A DNA stretch of 32,503 nt from Octopus bimaculoides (Eukaryota): positions 2,077,063-2,109,565 of the forward strand of contig NC_069001.1 in assembly GCF_001194135.2 (NCBI RefSeq). Reading direction: 5' to 3'. This document shows positions 24,701 to 32,503 of this stretch, in pieces. The translations under genes were made by a program, and so were the position numbers. The notes under the pieces were generated by a model. That model saw nothing but the letters and a program-made list of their open reading frames with translations. It was not told the origin of the DNA and did no database searches. Position 1 is the stretch's first letter. Every line of letters starts with the position of its first letter.

Positions 24701-26776
24701 GAAAGCCCCCACACTTGTGTCCTGTTCCTGAATCAACATCTAAGTGGCTGAGTATTCCAAGACGTGTGTACCTTTAATGTAATTTTCAGGTAAAATCAGG
24801 ATGACACAGTGTTTGACAGAGGCTGTTAGAGTCCGAATCCAGCTGATGGGAGCTTCTGGATAGTTCCTCTCTGACCAGTTTCACTCACAAGATATGGGGC
24901 AACTTTGGGCTGTAGAATATGATGCTTGCCTAAGATGTCATGCTGTGAGATTGAACCTGGGAGCTTTTGGTTTACAAAGCAAACTCCTCAAGCATTCAGT
25001 CATACTGCACTTGCACTCAAAAATATGTCAGAGAAGCAGATTTGAAACCATTACAGCTTGGGATGAAGGGCAGACATTCAGCATTTGAAATACAATAAGG
25101 GTTACGTAAGGATTTCATGTTATTTATAGTGGTACTTGGTGTTATTTGGTAACATTGGTTCTTTTTCTTTGTGTGTCATTCTAGTATGGGAACATTGGAC
25201 AATGCAACTACGCAGCATCAAAAGCTGGAGTTGAAGGATTAAGTAAATCTGCTGCAAAAGAACTTTCCAGGTAAGTTTGTGTACATAGCTTAACTCCCAC
25301 TCCACCCATTTTTATTTATATTTTTTTTAACCATAGTTCTGCTGAAACACACTGCCTTCATTTCAAATAGCAAAGAATTTAGTGAAATAACTTTGTCACT
25401 ATTAAACTGTTGTTTGAAAAATGAATTAACACGAAATTTTAATGGCAGGTTTTAATTTTGATTACTTTAAAACAAGCAGCTTGTATCACAGAATCAAAGG
25501 TGATTTTGGACAAATTGCTACCAAAACGCTTATGAACCTGGCACTTTATCATTTCCTTTTGCTGAACAAACAACTCTGGTTGTCGAGTGGTAGTGGGGAC
25601 AGACACACACACACATCATCATCGTTTAACATCCATCTTCCATGCATGCATAGATAGGACGCTTGACAGGAGCTTGCCAAAAAGAAAAGCAACCTTAAGC
25701 TATTGTGTCTGTTTTGGCAAGGTCTTTACAGTTGGGTGCCCTTCCTGACACCAACTATTGCCAGCTAAGTGGACTGGAGTAATGAGAAATGAAATGTTTT
25801 GTTTAAGAACACAATTGCCCAGTCCAGGAATTGAAACTACAACCTTACCATCATAAGCCTAACCACTAAGCTACATGCTTCCACACACACACATATACAT
25901 GTGTATGTGCGCGCATGCATAAGTGTGCGAATGTGTTTGTCTCTCATTGTCTAGACATCATGTAATGGATGTAAACGAGCGCCATTGTCATACAAGCGAT
26001 GTTGTTCATGTCTAGGCTAATGTGAAAAACAGATCTACCTATGGGGGAAATATTACCTTACTTGGAAGCCTGTGAGCGTTTGTGACAAGGAGGGCATCCT
26101 GCCGTTGAAAATATGCCTCAACAAATTCCGCCTGACCCAGACAAGTTCGAAAAGTGACCGTTAAAACGATGATAATGACGATATTCGCTCGATTATCAAA
26201 ACCTCTTCACCTGTTTTCATGAATCCAGGCAAGACTGAAATTGCTCAGGTGCCAGGGGAAATAACTTTGCTTGTATTAAATTTTGTTAAGTATATCGTAA
26301 GAGTAAAATTTGTTTTATTTGTTGCAGGTTCAATATCCGTGTTAACTCCGTTCTGCCGGGATTTATTGATACTCCCATGACCCAGAATGTTCCAGAGAAA
26401 CTTTTACAGCATGTAACCAAGTTAATTCCAATGCAGCGACTTGGAACTCCTGAAGGTTTGTGTCATTCATATTACACTGGACTGGTTTCACTCCACTGCA
26501 CGGCACTTTGCTCAAGTGTCTTTGGTTGGCCCTGGGCCGGCCAACCAAAGCCGTCTCAGTGATTTGGTAGATGGAAACTGATAGAAGCCCGACGTGTGTG
26601 TGTGTGCTTTGTTTCAATCACTAGACTATGGCCATGCTGGGACACCTAAGTGACAAACATTGAGATAATTAGCTGAGAAATTATTTTTAAAAAACAGCTA
26701 AAATGTTTCTTGGGCAAGGTCTTCCACTATAGCCTTGTGAGTGGATTTTGTAGATGGAAACTGAAAGAAGCCCATC

Positions 26777-26808
<32 letters not shown>

Positions 26809-27456
26809 TCGTGTGTCTGTGTTTGCCCCCCCCCCACATCGCTTGACAACTGATGCTGGTGTTTACGTACCCATAACTTAGTGGTTCATCAAAAGAGACT
26901 GATAGAATAAGTACTAGGCTTACAAAGAATAAGTCCTGGGGTCGATTTGCTCGACTAAAGATGGTGCTCCAGTATGGCTGCAGTCAAATGATTGAAACAA
27001 AAGAATATTGGTAAAATTAATTTTTTAGAATATAATTATAATCAAGGGCTCTGGAATGCCAGCACCTATATGCTAGAAATAGATGATGATACGTATGTCT
27101 GCATGTTCTCGTCTTGTGATGGTTATAGAAGAGCATCACCATCATACAAGCAATGTTGTTTGTTTCCAGTCTTTTGTGACAGGGACGTTAAATGGTGATA
27201 CATGGTCGTTATCTCTGCCATTTGATAATTAGGATTCAGTTGTTTGACCAACTGAATTATCTGTCATGTGGCTGAGGTATTCCAGTCACATGTACCCCTT
27301 AATGTAATTCTTAGGCAGGAGAACAGTGGGAAGTTGCCCAGGGTCCACAATTCTGTGGCTTGCTGTCCATTAAAAGTATTATAGGGCCTAGTGCATTGAT
27401 TAATCTTAAAGTGCTGGTAGGAAGACCCTGTTCTTTGGCAGAATTAGTATGGCACA

Positions 27457-27517
<61 letters not shown>

Positions 27518-28518
27518 ATCATTGTTGTCTGTCTTTAGAGTTGATCAGTTCTTTGTTTCTCTTTTAATTTCAGATGTTGCAGAAGTGTGTTTGTTTTTGG
27601 CTTCAAAACGCAGTGGATATGTAAATGGTGCTTCTATAGAAGTTTCAGGTAGGTTTTTTATATATATATATATACACACACATACACACAGTATAATATA
27701 ATATACCCTGTTTGAAAGCTTATATACATATACGAGGACAGCTGCATAAAAAAAGTGGTGAGCGCTAATTGTGGAGAGTACATGGGAAGGGGTAGACCCA
27801 GGAAGACATGGGTTGAAGCAGTGAATTTGAACTCAGAACGTAAAGACAGACAAAATACCAATAAGCATTCTCGCCCGATGTGCTAAGGCTTCTGCCAACT
27901 TGCCTCCTTGACCATCCTTAAATATTAACAAAAGACAGGAAGGGTTGGGAGAGGAAGTAAAGTAGTTGTATTGGATAAAAAATATTTCTTTAGAATGTAT
28001 GTAAAAGTACATTTAATATTGAGCAGGAGTGAGAGAGGTGGGTGGGGAGAGAGATAGAGAGGGAGATAGATAGAAAGAGATGGAGGGAGAGAGCGATATA
28101 TAGAAAGAGATAGAGGGGGAGAGAGAGAGAGTGTGTGTGTGTGTGTCTGTGTGTATCATGTTCCTGGAATCAATACATTAATTGTCTTGCAAAGCATTTT
28201 TAATAAGTTTGTTGTTAAATCCGTATTCGTTTACAGGCTTAATTAGCCCTTGTTTAATATGTTCCGAGTTATATAGAGTTCCCCTTACATAAGTCCCAAG
28301 TCACTCTGGGGTTTGAATAAAATTGGGAATGTGATGCATGGATGCCAGGGAAATACGTCCTGGATATCACATGTGATAAACAGGACAGACAAAGAGTTAA
28401 GACAATTATTAAGGGAAATATATCATACATAACCATGGCTACCAATCCCTGTATTTTTCTCTAAATTGTTTAATTAAAAATTTTTTCCCTCTTGTTCTTA
28501 GGTGGCCTCAGAATGTAA
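11795..28518 (+). CDS. HSD17B8: 17-beta-hydroxysteroid dehydrogenase type 8 / mitochondrial 3-ketoacyl-ACP reductase alpha subunit (classical SDR); 8 exons, 254 aa
   Basis: Manual splice join(11795-11840,22768-22896,23751-23938,24164-24259,25185-25270,26328-26455,27574-27648,28502-28518) = 765 nt, all GT-AG, phases consistent. The protein [22 protein letters not shown]...VAAVDVQ...VNSAGIVRD...VNLKG...NIASIVGK...YAASK...PGFIDTPMT...[12 protein letters not shown] has TGxxxGIG, an acidic residue after beta2, an NAG-like motif, the catalytic Ser and YxxxK. The short N-terminus and the ..EVSGGLxM end fit HSD17B8 better than CBR4 or FabG. Confidence 0.9.
12116..12246. mobile_element. Second, gap-truncated copy of the same foldback element in inverted orientation
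   Basis: Same arm. The loop reads cgcgtgtgcaaatgaatacgtgttta, the reverse complement of the loop in 13762-13956. Ends at the N gap. Confidence 0.85.
13762..13956. mobile_element. 195-bp GC-rich foldback (near-palindromic) element with internal (CCCTAA)/(TTAGGG) repeats
   Basis: Arms of about 83 bp (GGTACTACTAAAGCAGCGCGGACC...GATCCTAACCCTAACC) are near-perfect reverse complements around a loop of about 26 nt. Confidence 0.85.
14340..14560 (+). mobile_element. Possible RTE-clade LINE 5' UTR relic
   Basis: cccatgctgggtcagatcacaggataaaggccaaactaa...taacacccctacttaagaaaaa resembles RTE/Expander leaders; recognised from memory only. Confidence 0.3.
14843..14985 (-). pseudogene. Possible decayed RTE-type LINE endonuclease fragment
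   Basis: [36 protein letters not shown] resembles the GVG..N / NLVITNT.F...K.TW.HPRS region of RTE APE domains. Confidence 0.3.
15606..15690. repeat. (TA)n / (TACA)n microsatellite, representative of many
   Basis: Similar TA/CA/TG tracts at about 3270-3430, 4446-4475, 6740-6955, 12834-12875, 13235-13290, 16620-16840, 19330-19760 and 27458-27515. Confidence 0.95.
15690..15913 (+). mobile_element. Octopus-type SINE, family A (tail ...catggaaagcggacgttaaacgatgatg), CpG-intact copy
   Basis: Multi-copy in the window (19442-19604, 22500-22668, 29357-29487, minus-strand fragments near 25615, 28970 and 29270), with an (ATG)n tail. Confidence 0.85.
16445..16620 (+). mobile_element. tRNA-headed SINE, family B (ttgggcaagtgtcttc...gtgagtggatttggtagatggaaactgaaagaag)
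   Basis: Further copies at 17190-17280, 18195-18345, 22930-23070, 23255-23330 (-), 26470-26595 and 26710-26778; most + copies run into TA/TG microsatellite. Confidence 0.8.
17573..17788. mobile_element. piggyBac-type MITE, 216 bp
   Basis: TTAA TSD on both sides (17569-17572, 17789-17792) and a perfect 15-bp TIR CCCATTCATGCCAAA. Confidence 0.88.
18885..19051. repeat. 46-bp minisatellite, at least 3.6 perfect copies, running into a gap
   Basis: Unit cacacacactctctcacctcctctctcttattccctacttctttca; period 46 (ctcacctc at 18901, 18947, 18993, 19039). Confidence 0.95.
19442..19604 (+). mobile_element. SINE family A, 5'-truncated
   Basis: Nearly identical to 15779-15913; (GAT)n tail. Confidence 0.85.
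22330..22450 (+). pseudogene. Decayed LINE (CR1/L2/Jockey-like) pre-RT fragment
   Basis: W......IP*KG, a frameshift, then SDSANYHP; matches the W...V.PIPKKG..SDP.NYRP motif. Confidence 0.45.
22500..22668 (+). mobile_element. SINE family A, diverged, about 100 bp upstream of HSD17B8 exon 2
   Basis: ttaggaagggcatccagc...ccatccaacccatgccagcatgg...atgttaaatgatgat. Confidence 0.8.
22768..22896 (+). CDS. HSD17B8: HSD17B8 exon 2 ([25 protein letters not shown]...SSSP)
   Basis: Pyrimidine tract and tatccag acceptor, CAG|GTATTT donor, 129 nt, phase 1-1. Confidence 0.92.
23751..23938 (+). CDS. HSD17B8: HSD17B8 exon 3 (GDHHAFPTD...VNSAGIVRD...VNLK)
   Basis: tttctag acceptor, AAG|GTTTGT donor, 188 nt; overlaps ORF 23711..23983. 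Confidence 0.92.
24164..24259 (+). CDS. HSD17B8: HSD17B8 exon 4 (GTYLVMK...[12 protein letters not shown])
   Basis: tgtcag acceptor, AAG|GTAAGT donor, 96 nt; contains the catalytic Ser. Confidence 0.93.
25185..25270 (+). CDS. HSD17B8: HSD17B8 exon 5 ([28 protein letters not shown])
   Basis: attctag acceptor, CAG|GTAAGT donor, 86 nt; contains YxxxK. Confidence 0.93.
25329..25533. mobile_element. Degenerate copy of the MITE at 29353-29700 (opposite orientation), HSD17B8 intron 5
   Basis: Shares the core gaatttagtgaaataactttgtca...gaaattttaatggcaggttttaatttt..tttaaaaca with the reverse complement of 29520-29690. Confidence 0.55.
26328..26455 (+). CDS. HSD17B8: HSD17B8 exon 6 ([18 protein letters not shown]...RLGTPE)
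   Basis: gttgcag acceptor, AAG|GTTTGT donor, 128 nt. Confidence 0.92.
26810..27003 (+). mobile_element. SINE family D (ctggggtcgatttgctcgactaaa...cagtatggctgcagtcaaatgattgaaaca)
   Basis: Related copies at 8300-8440 (+), 9738-9880 (-) and 5585-5637. Confidence 0.75.
27574..27648 (+). CDS. HSD17B8: HSD17B8 exon 7 ([25 protein letters not shown])
   Basis: tttcag acceptor, CAG|GTAGGT donor, 75 nt. Confidence 0.92.
28502..28518 (+). CDS. HSD17B8: HSD17B8 exon 8 (GGLRM*)
   Basis: Long pyrimidine tract ending cttag; GT GGC CTC AGA ATG TAA; AATAAA 190 nt downstream. Confidence 0.85.
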
Positions 28519-28707
28519 ACCAAGGTGATTCCTAGTGTTTACTTGCAAATAATTGATTGCTGTGACCAACACACGAATACATAATTAATGTGTGACGATT
28601 AAGCTAATTACCAACCAGCTTCATATCAAAGATGGAAATATATCGTTTATTTTTTAAATTGATTTTACTTTAAAATCTTGTGTATTTACTGCTAATTAAT
28701 TTTTTTA

Positions 28708-28713
28708 AATAAA
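28708..28713 (+). terminator. Probable HSD17B8 polyadenylation signal
   Basis: AATAAA after the stop codon, with T-rich sequence further downstream. Confidence 0.55.
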
Positions 28714-29352
28714 AGAATTGTAGAAAAATATATATTATACATATAAAAATTCAAAATCATTCTAAACTTTTTTTTTTTTTCTATTTTGAATAAATAATTT
28801 TTAATTTTGTACATATCTGGATTTTTTTGTTTTTTTTCATTCAACCAGCTAAGTGCATCATCGTTTCATGTCCACTTTTCCCTGCTGGCATGGGTTGAGC
28901 AGAGTCTATTGAGGCAAATTTTTCTGATTGGACGCCTTTCCCATCACCAACCATCACCTGTTCCCCTCATCATCATCATCATCGTTTAATGTCCACTTTC
29001 CATGCTGGCATGGGTTGGACGGTANNNNNNNNNNNNNNNNNNNNNNNNNNNNNNNNNNNNNNNNNNNNNNNNNNNNNNNNNNNNNNNNNNNNNNNNNNNN
29101 NNNNNNNNNNNNNNNNNNNNNNNNNNNNNNNNNNNNNNNNNNNNNNNNNNNNNNNNNNNNNNNNNNNNNNNNNNNCTGCTGGCATGGGTTGAGCAGAGTC
29201 TATTGAGGCAAATTTTTCTGATTGGACGCCTTTCCCATCACCAACCATCACCTGTTCCCCTCATCATCATCATCATCGTTTAATGTCCACTTTCCATGCT
29301 GGCATGGGTTGGACGGTATGTAGAGAATTAAGATGAGTAAATCATCTATTAA

Positions 29353-29700
29353 CCCTAGGAAGGGCATCCAGCTGTAGAAACTTTGCCGGATCAGATTGGA
29401 GCCTGGTGCAGCCTTCTGGCTCACCAGTCCTCAGTCAAACCGTCCAACCCATGCCAGCATGGAAAGCGGACGTTAAATGATGATGATACCAACCTGTCAG
29501 AGACTACCTCTAGTTCTAGGATACAAAAACTTTGTTTTAAAGGGATCTAAATTTAAGCCTTCCTTCAAAATTTCATGTTAATCTATGTTCCAAACACAAC
29601 TCAATAATATTAATGACAAAATTCTTTTTACTGAATCATTTTCAATAATTAATTGAAACAAAAGCAGTATATTTCAGCAGAAATAATGGTAACAAAAACG
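29353..29700. mobile_element. Older piggyBac-type MITE interrupted by a SINE
   Basis: TTAA|CCCT at the left end and ggtaacaaaaacg|TTAA at the right. The body is the reverse complement of the copy at 25329-25533. A SINE occupies 29357-29487. Confidence 0.6.
29357..29487 (+). mobile_element. SINE family A nested in a MITE
   Basis: aggaagggcatccagctgtagaaact...ggacgttaaatgatgatgat. Confidence 0.85.
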
Positions 29701-29859
29701 TTAATGTCACAGCCATCATTGTGTTTTGAATTCAGACGATCCATGCCAGCATGGAAAACGGACGTAAACGATGATGAGAATGTTATTAATATTGCTGCAA
29801 GGAAAGGCATGAATGTCACAACAAATATATTTCTCATGCCTGTGAAAGAAATGGAGTCC

Positions 29860-29962
29860 TCAAAGTGATGAGACAGAATCGGGGGCAATTTCTACCGTTC
29901 CATCATTACTTTGATTTTTGGTCACTTTTTCTCCTTTTTCAGCCAGAATTTTCTCAACATTT
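29860..29962 (-). CDS. DNLZ: DNLZ coding exon 2 (NVEKILAEKGEKVTKNQSNDGTVEIAPDSVSSL*)
   Basis: Minus-strand tttccacttatttttcag acceptor. Phase 2 matches exon 1, and it encodes the conserved N[IV]E.IL..KGE segment. Not in the ORF track. Confidence 0.9.
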
Positions 29963-31119
29963 CTGAAAAATAAGTGGAAACAGAAAAGAAATAAAAAATT
30001 TTTTTTTGCTGTCGGAAGGATAGTCTCCTTTTAATTCACATCTTCACAACAATTCATCGCTATTAAAAACACAGCAGACACAAGTTCCCTACCACACAGC
30101 CCCTCCTGCACCTGTTTTAATTTTGAATACCAATTTTCGTAATAAAAACTTAATCACATCTCTTTTCTTTCATTTTTATCAATGTTACAACGTGATCCAA
30201 CTCCCATTTTTCTAAAATGTGTAATTTTAGGGAGAGTTGGCTGTTATTTCTGACAAATCTAACGGCGGAGGTAAAGAATGCGTACACCACCGGTTTTCGG
30301 CGTAACATGGACCCCCATCGTAAAACTAATCCTAAACCCCGGGTGTACGTATTCTTTACTTTCGCCAATCTAACTTGGCAAACTTTTTCAAGAAGCAAGT
30401 CGCATGAGACACACCTCATCATTATGTGGGCCAGTTTTTTAAAAATTCTAGATAATTTTTCATTAGCGTGCCATTCGGAAAGAGCCGCGGGCCGCATTTT
30501 GCCCATGACTTCATTAAAAGCTTCCTCATTTATTCGTTACGAACACTCGTTTTTTTTTTAACTTTATTAAAAAAATTCTACTTCTTAAAATATCAAGAAC
30601 GTTAATTTTCTTTCATTTTATCAATTTTACAAAATGTTCCAATTTTTTTTTTGTTTTGTGTGTATAGGGTGTAATTTTGGAGTGATATTTGGCTGCTACT
30701 TCTAACAAATCTAGTGACAATAGAGAAATAACAAAAAGGAAAAGAAAAAGACCGTGTTACACTTACGTTTTACCAGTTTCAGTGAAGTAGTTGAGGTTAT
30801 CCGCTATGAGGTGTAAGTTCTGGCAGCCAGGACATCGCACCAGCACTACACCCCGGTCGTAAGAGACCTTGGAAAAAGTCTTGGAGGAGCGAGTTCCACA
30901 AACACGGCATGTGTAGATAATCTGCATTTTAGGGGACATATGCGCCAGTTTGGATTTGGGATCGTCTTGTCGAAAGTTAATGCCTGTATGGAAGTTCTGG
31001 TCACGCTTATATAATAAACGGGACCTGACAACCGAGCAGACACGGTGGAAGTTCTTCAGGTGTCTGTAGTTGAATATTAATGACCGAGAAAGATTGAATG
31101 AACGGAGGTAGCATGCCAT
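29860..31119 (-). CDS. DNLZ: DNL-type zinc finger protein (Zim17/Tim15/Hep1, mtHsp70 escort); 2 coding exons, 151 aa
   Basis: complement(join(29860-29962,30767-31119)) = 456 nt. It has an Arg-rich presequence-like N-terminus, YTCRVC...FSKVSYDRGVVLVRCPGCQNLHLIADNL, and after splicing TGKTNVEKILAEKGEKV. Both CxxC pairs and the DNL motif are present. Confidence 0.93.
30767..31119 (-). CDS. DNLZ: DNLZ coding exon 1
   Basis: ORF 30763..31119; donor AC|GTAAGT (acttac at 30761-30766). Confidence 0.93.
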
Positions 31120-32015
31120 TGCAGAAGACTCACTGTAACTTCATTTACAAGTTGATATTTGGTAGGTTAGATGTATCAGAATATTCAATTAACTTTGTTA
31201 ATGGTTTCTTGCGTGAAAAGTTTTAAAGTAATTAGATTCGTCGAATAAAGAAGAAAATACGCGCCTCGGCGAAGTTCATTGAAAATACAGCTTCGCCTAG
31301 GTTGATCTAAAAGTCGAACCGAATCGTCACTGGTGTTCGTTTAATATGAATAAATAATAAAATTAAGTAAATGTATAGAAAGCCAGAAATATTGAAATAA
31401 TTAATTGGATAAATGTAATGGTTTCTTATATCAGAAATATTAAAATACTTAAGTATTATAAGGAAAAAAAATAATCTGCTTCTGAAATTCATTTATAGGC
31501 GGTTTCACTCACGTAACAGTTGATCTAAAAGTCGAAACGAAACGACACCGGTGTTTTTTTAACATGAATATTAGAAGCAACTATGTTGCTGTTTACACGA
31601 TCAAATTTATTAAAATACTTAACTGTGTATATTTAATAAATGTATATCTCACATTACTGAGCTTTAGTTACTGAAAGAATCGGCCGAACAAAATGTTGAA
31701 ACGAAACAATGTACTAATAATTTGTTATCTACCTTGTAAACATTATCAACCTAATACAGTGTTTTTATTGAGTTGTCAGATAAATTCGTTCGTTTTTCTT
31801 TTATATTTAAAAGGATAAAATTTATCTAAAATTTAAGAACGAAAACCAAAAGTTGTAGAGAAAGAATAAAAGTATACAAAAATCAAAAAACACTCCGGTA
31901 AAAATATTTTTTCGTGTTAATTCAAATAAGATTCGAAAGATTTAAAAAGAAAATAAATAAAACGAACGAATTTTTCTGCCAACCCAATGCAATGTGAAGC
32001 GAGAGTCAATGATTC

Positions 32016-32249
32016 TGTGGTGTGATGGAGGAAAAAAGACAACAAGAAGCAAAAGGACAGAATGAAACCTTGTCGACCGCAGCGGAGTACACGATCGCTC
32101 CTGATCAGAACATGTCTTTCTCGTAACCTCTCTGTTTTCTGACTGACCCCACGTGCTAGCCTTCGACCGCGTGTCGCCGACTTCCGGTCTGGCTTCACTT
32201 CTGTTTGTCCCACCTCTCTCCACCACAACACACAGCCCATAACACCACA
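32016..32249 (-). mobile_element. 3' LTR of a Gypsy-like retrotransposon (234 bp)
   Basis: Perfect 8-bp terminal inverted repeat TGTGGTGT...ACACCACA, directly preceded on the minus strand by the purine tract AGGGGGGCG (32250-32258). Confidence 0.75.
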
Positions 32250-32305
32250 CGCCCCCCTGATCTATAGATCATTCAACCGGCTCTCCCACTCACTCCCGAA
32301 CTACC

Positions 32306-32503
32306 TTAATTGGTTTCATAATCAGCCAACCAGGGAGGAGGGTACCGCTCCCTCTGTGGTCGCTGTGCGACCCCGGGACTAGCCTGAGTTCCTGGCGCGC
32401 TGCCTTCATCATCTTCCCTACTGCTGCTGTCTTCATCATCCTGCCCACTGCAGCTGGTTCCATCCTCTGAAGCACTGACAATCTTCCGCACATCCAAAAC
32501 ATG
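32306..32503 (-). mobile_element. C-terminal tail of an LTR-retrotransposon pol/integrase, running off the window
   Basis: HVLDVRK, an acidic/Ser low-complexity linker, then RPQRERYPPPWLADYETN*. An RxxRxRxPPxWLxDY ending is typical of Gypsy pol tails. The stop lies about 50 bp before the PPT and LTR. Confidence 0.7.

Noticed and set aside
28882-29318. Exact 143-bp direct repeat (28882-29024 = 29176-29318)
   Set aside because: The identical copies flank an N gap, the classic signature of unmerged overlapping contig ends. Treated as an assembly artefact.
30150-30561. Overlapping 114-118 aa ORFs in the DNLZ intron
   Set aside because: No homology signal; the region is made of repeat fragments.
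1-32503. CRISPR arrays, rRNA, operon-type or prokaryotic defence systems
   Set aside because: The sequence is spliced eukaryotic DNA. Recurrent motifs are dispersed SINE/MITE copies, not regularly spaced repeat-spacer arrays.

Overview
AT-rich, microsatellite-laden eukaryotic DNA with five N gaps (4159-4445, 10617-10995, 12247-12833, 19052-19289, 29025-29175). The SINE families and repeat profile point to a coleoid cephalopod, probably Octopus (inference). Almost all ORF-track entries are spurious because the real genes are spliced. Two genes were reconstructed by hand. (1) HSD17B8, + strand, 8 exons, 11795-28518, 254 aa SDR, with an intron 1 of about 10.9 kb. (2) DNLZ/Zim17, - strand, 2 coding exons, 31119-29860, 151 aa, convergent with HSD17B8. 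The right edge holds the 3' end of a Gypsy-like LTR retrotransposon (pol tail, PPT, 234-bp LTR), oriented towards DNLZ. The rest is SINEs, MITEs, LINE relics and simple repeats. These include a TSD-bounded hAT derivative, piggyBac-type MITEs, a long-TIR MITE, and two inverted copies of a GC-rich foldback element with telomere-like repeats. I cannot demonstrate a wholly new system. The best leads are the foldback pair, the LTR upstream of DNLZ, and the adjacency of two genes whose human orthologues lie in MHC-paralogous regions.
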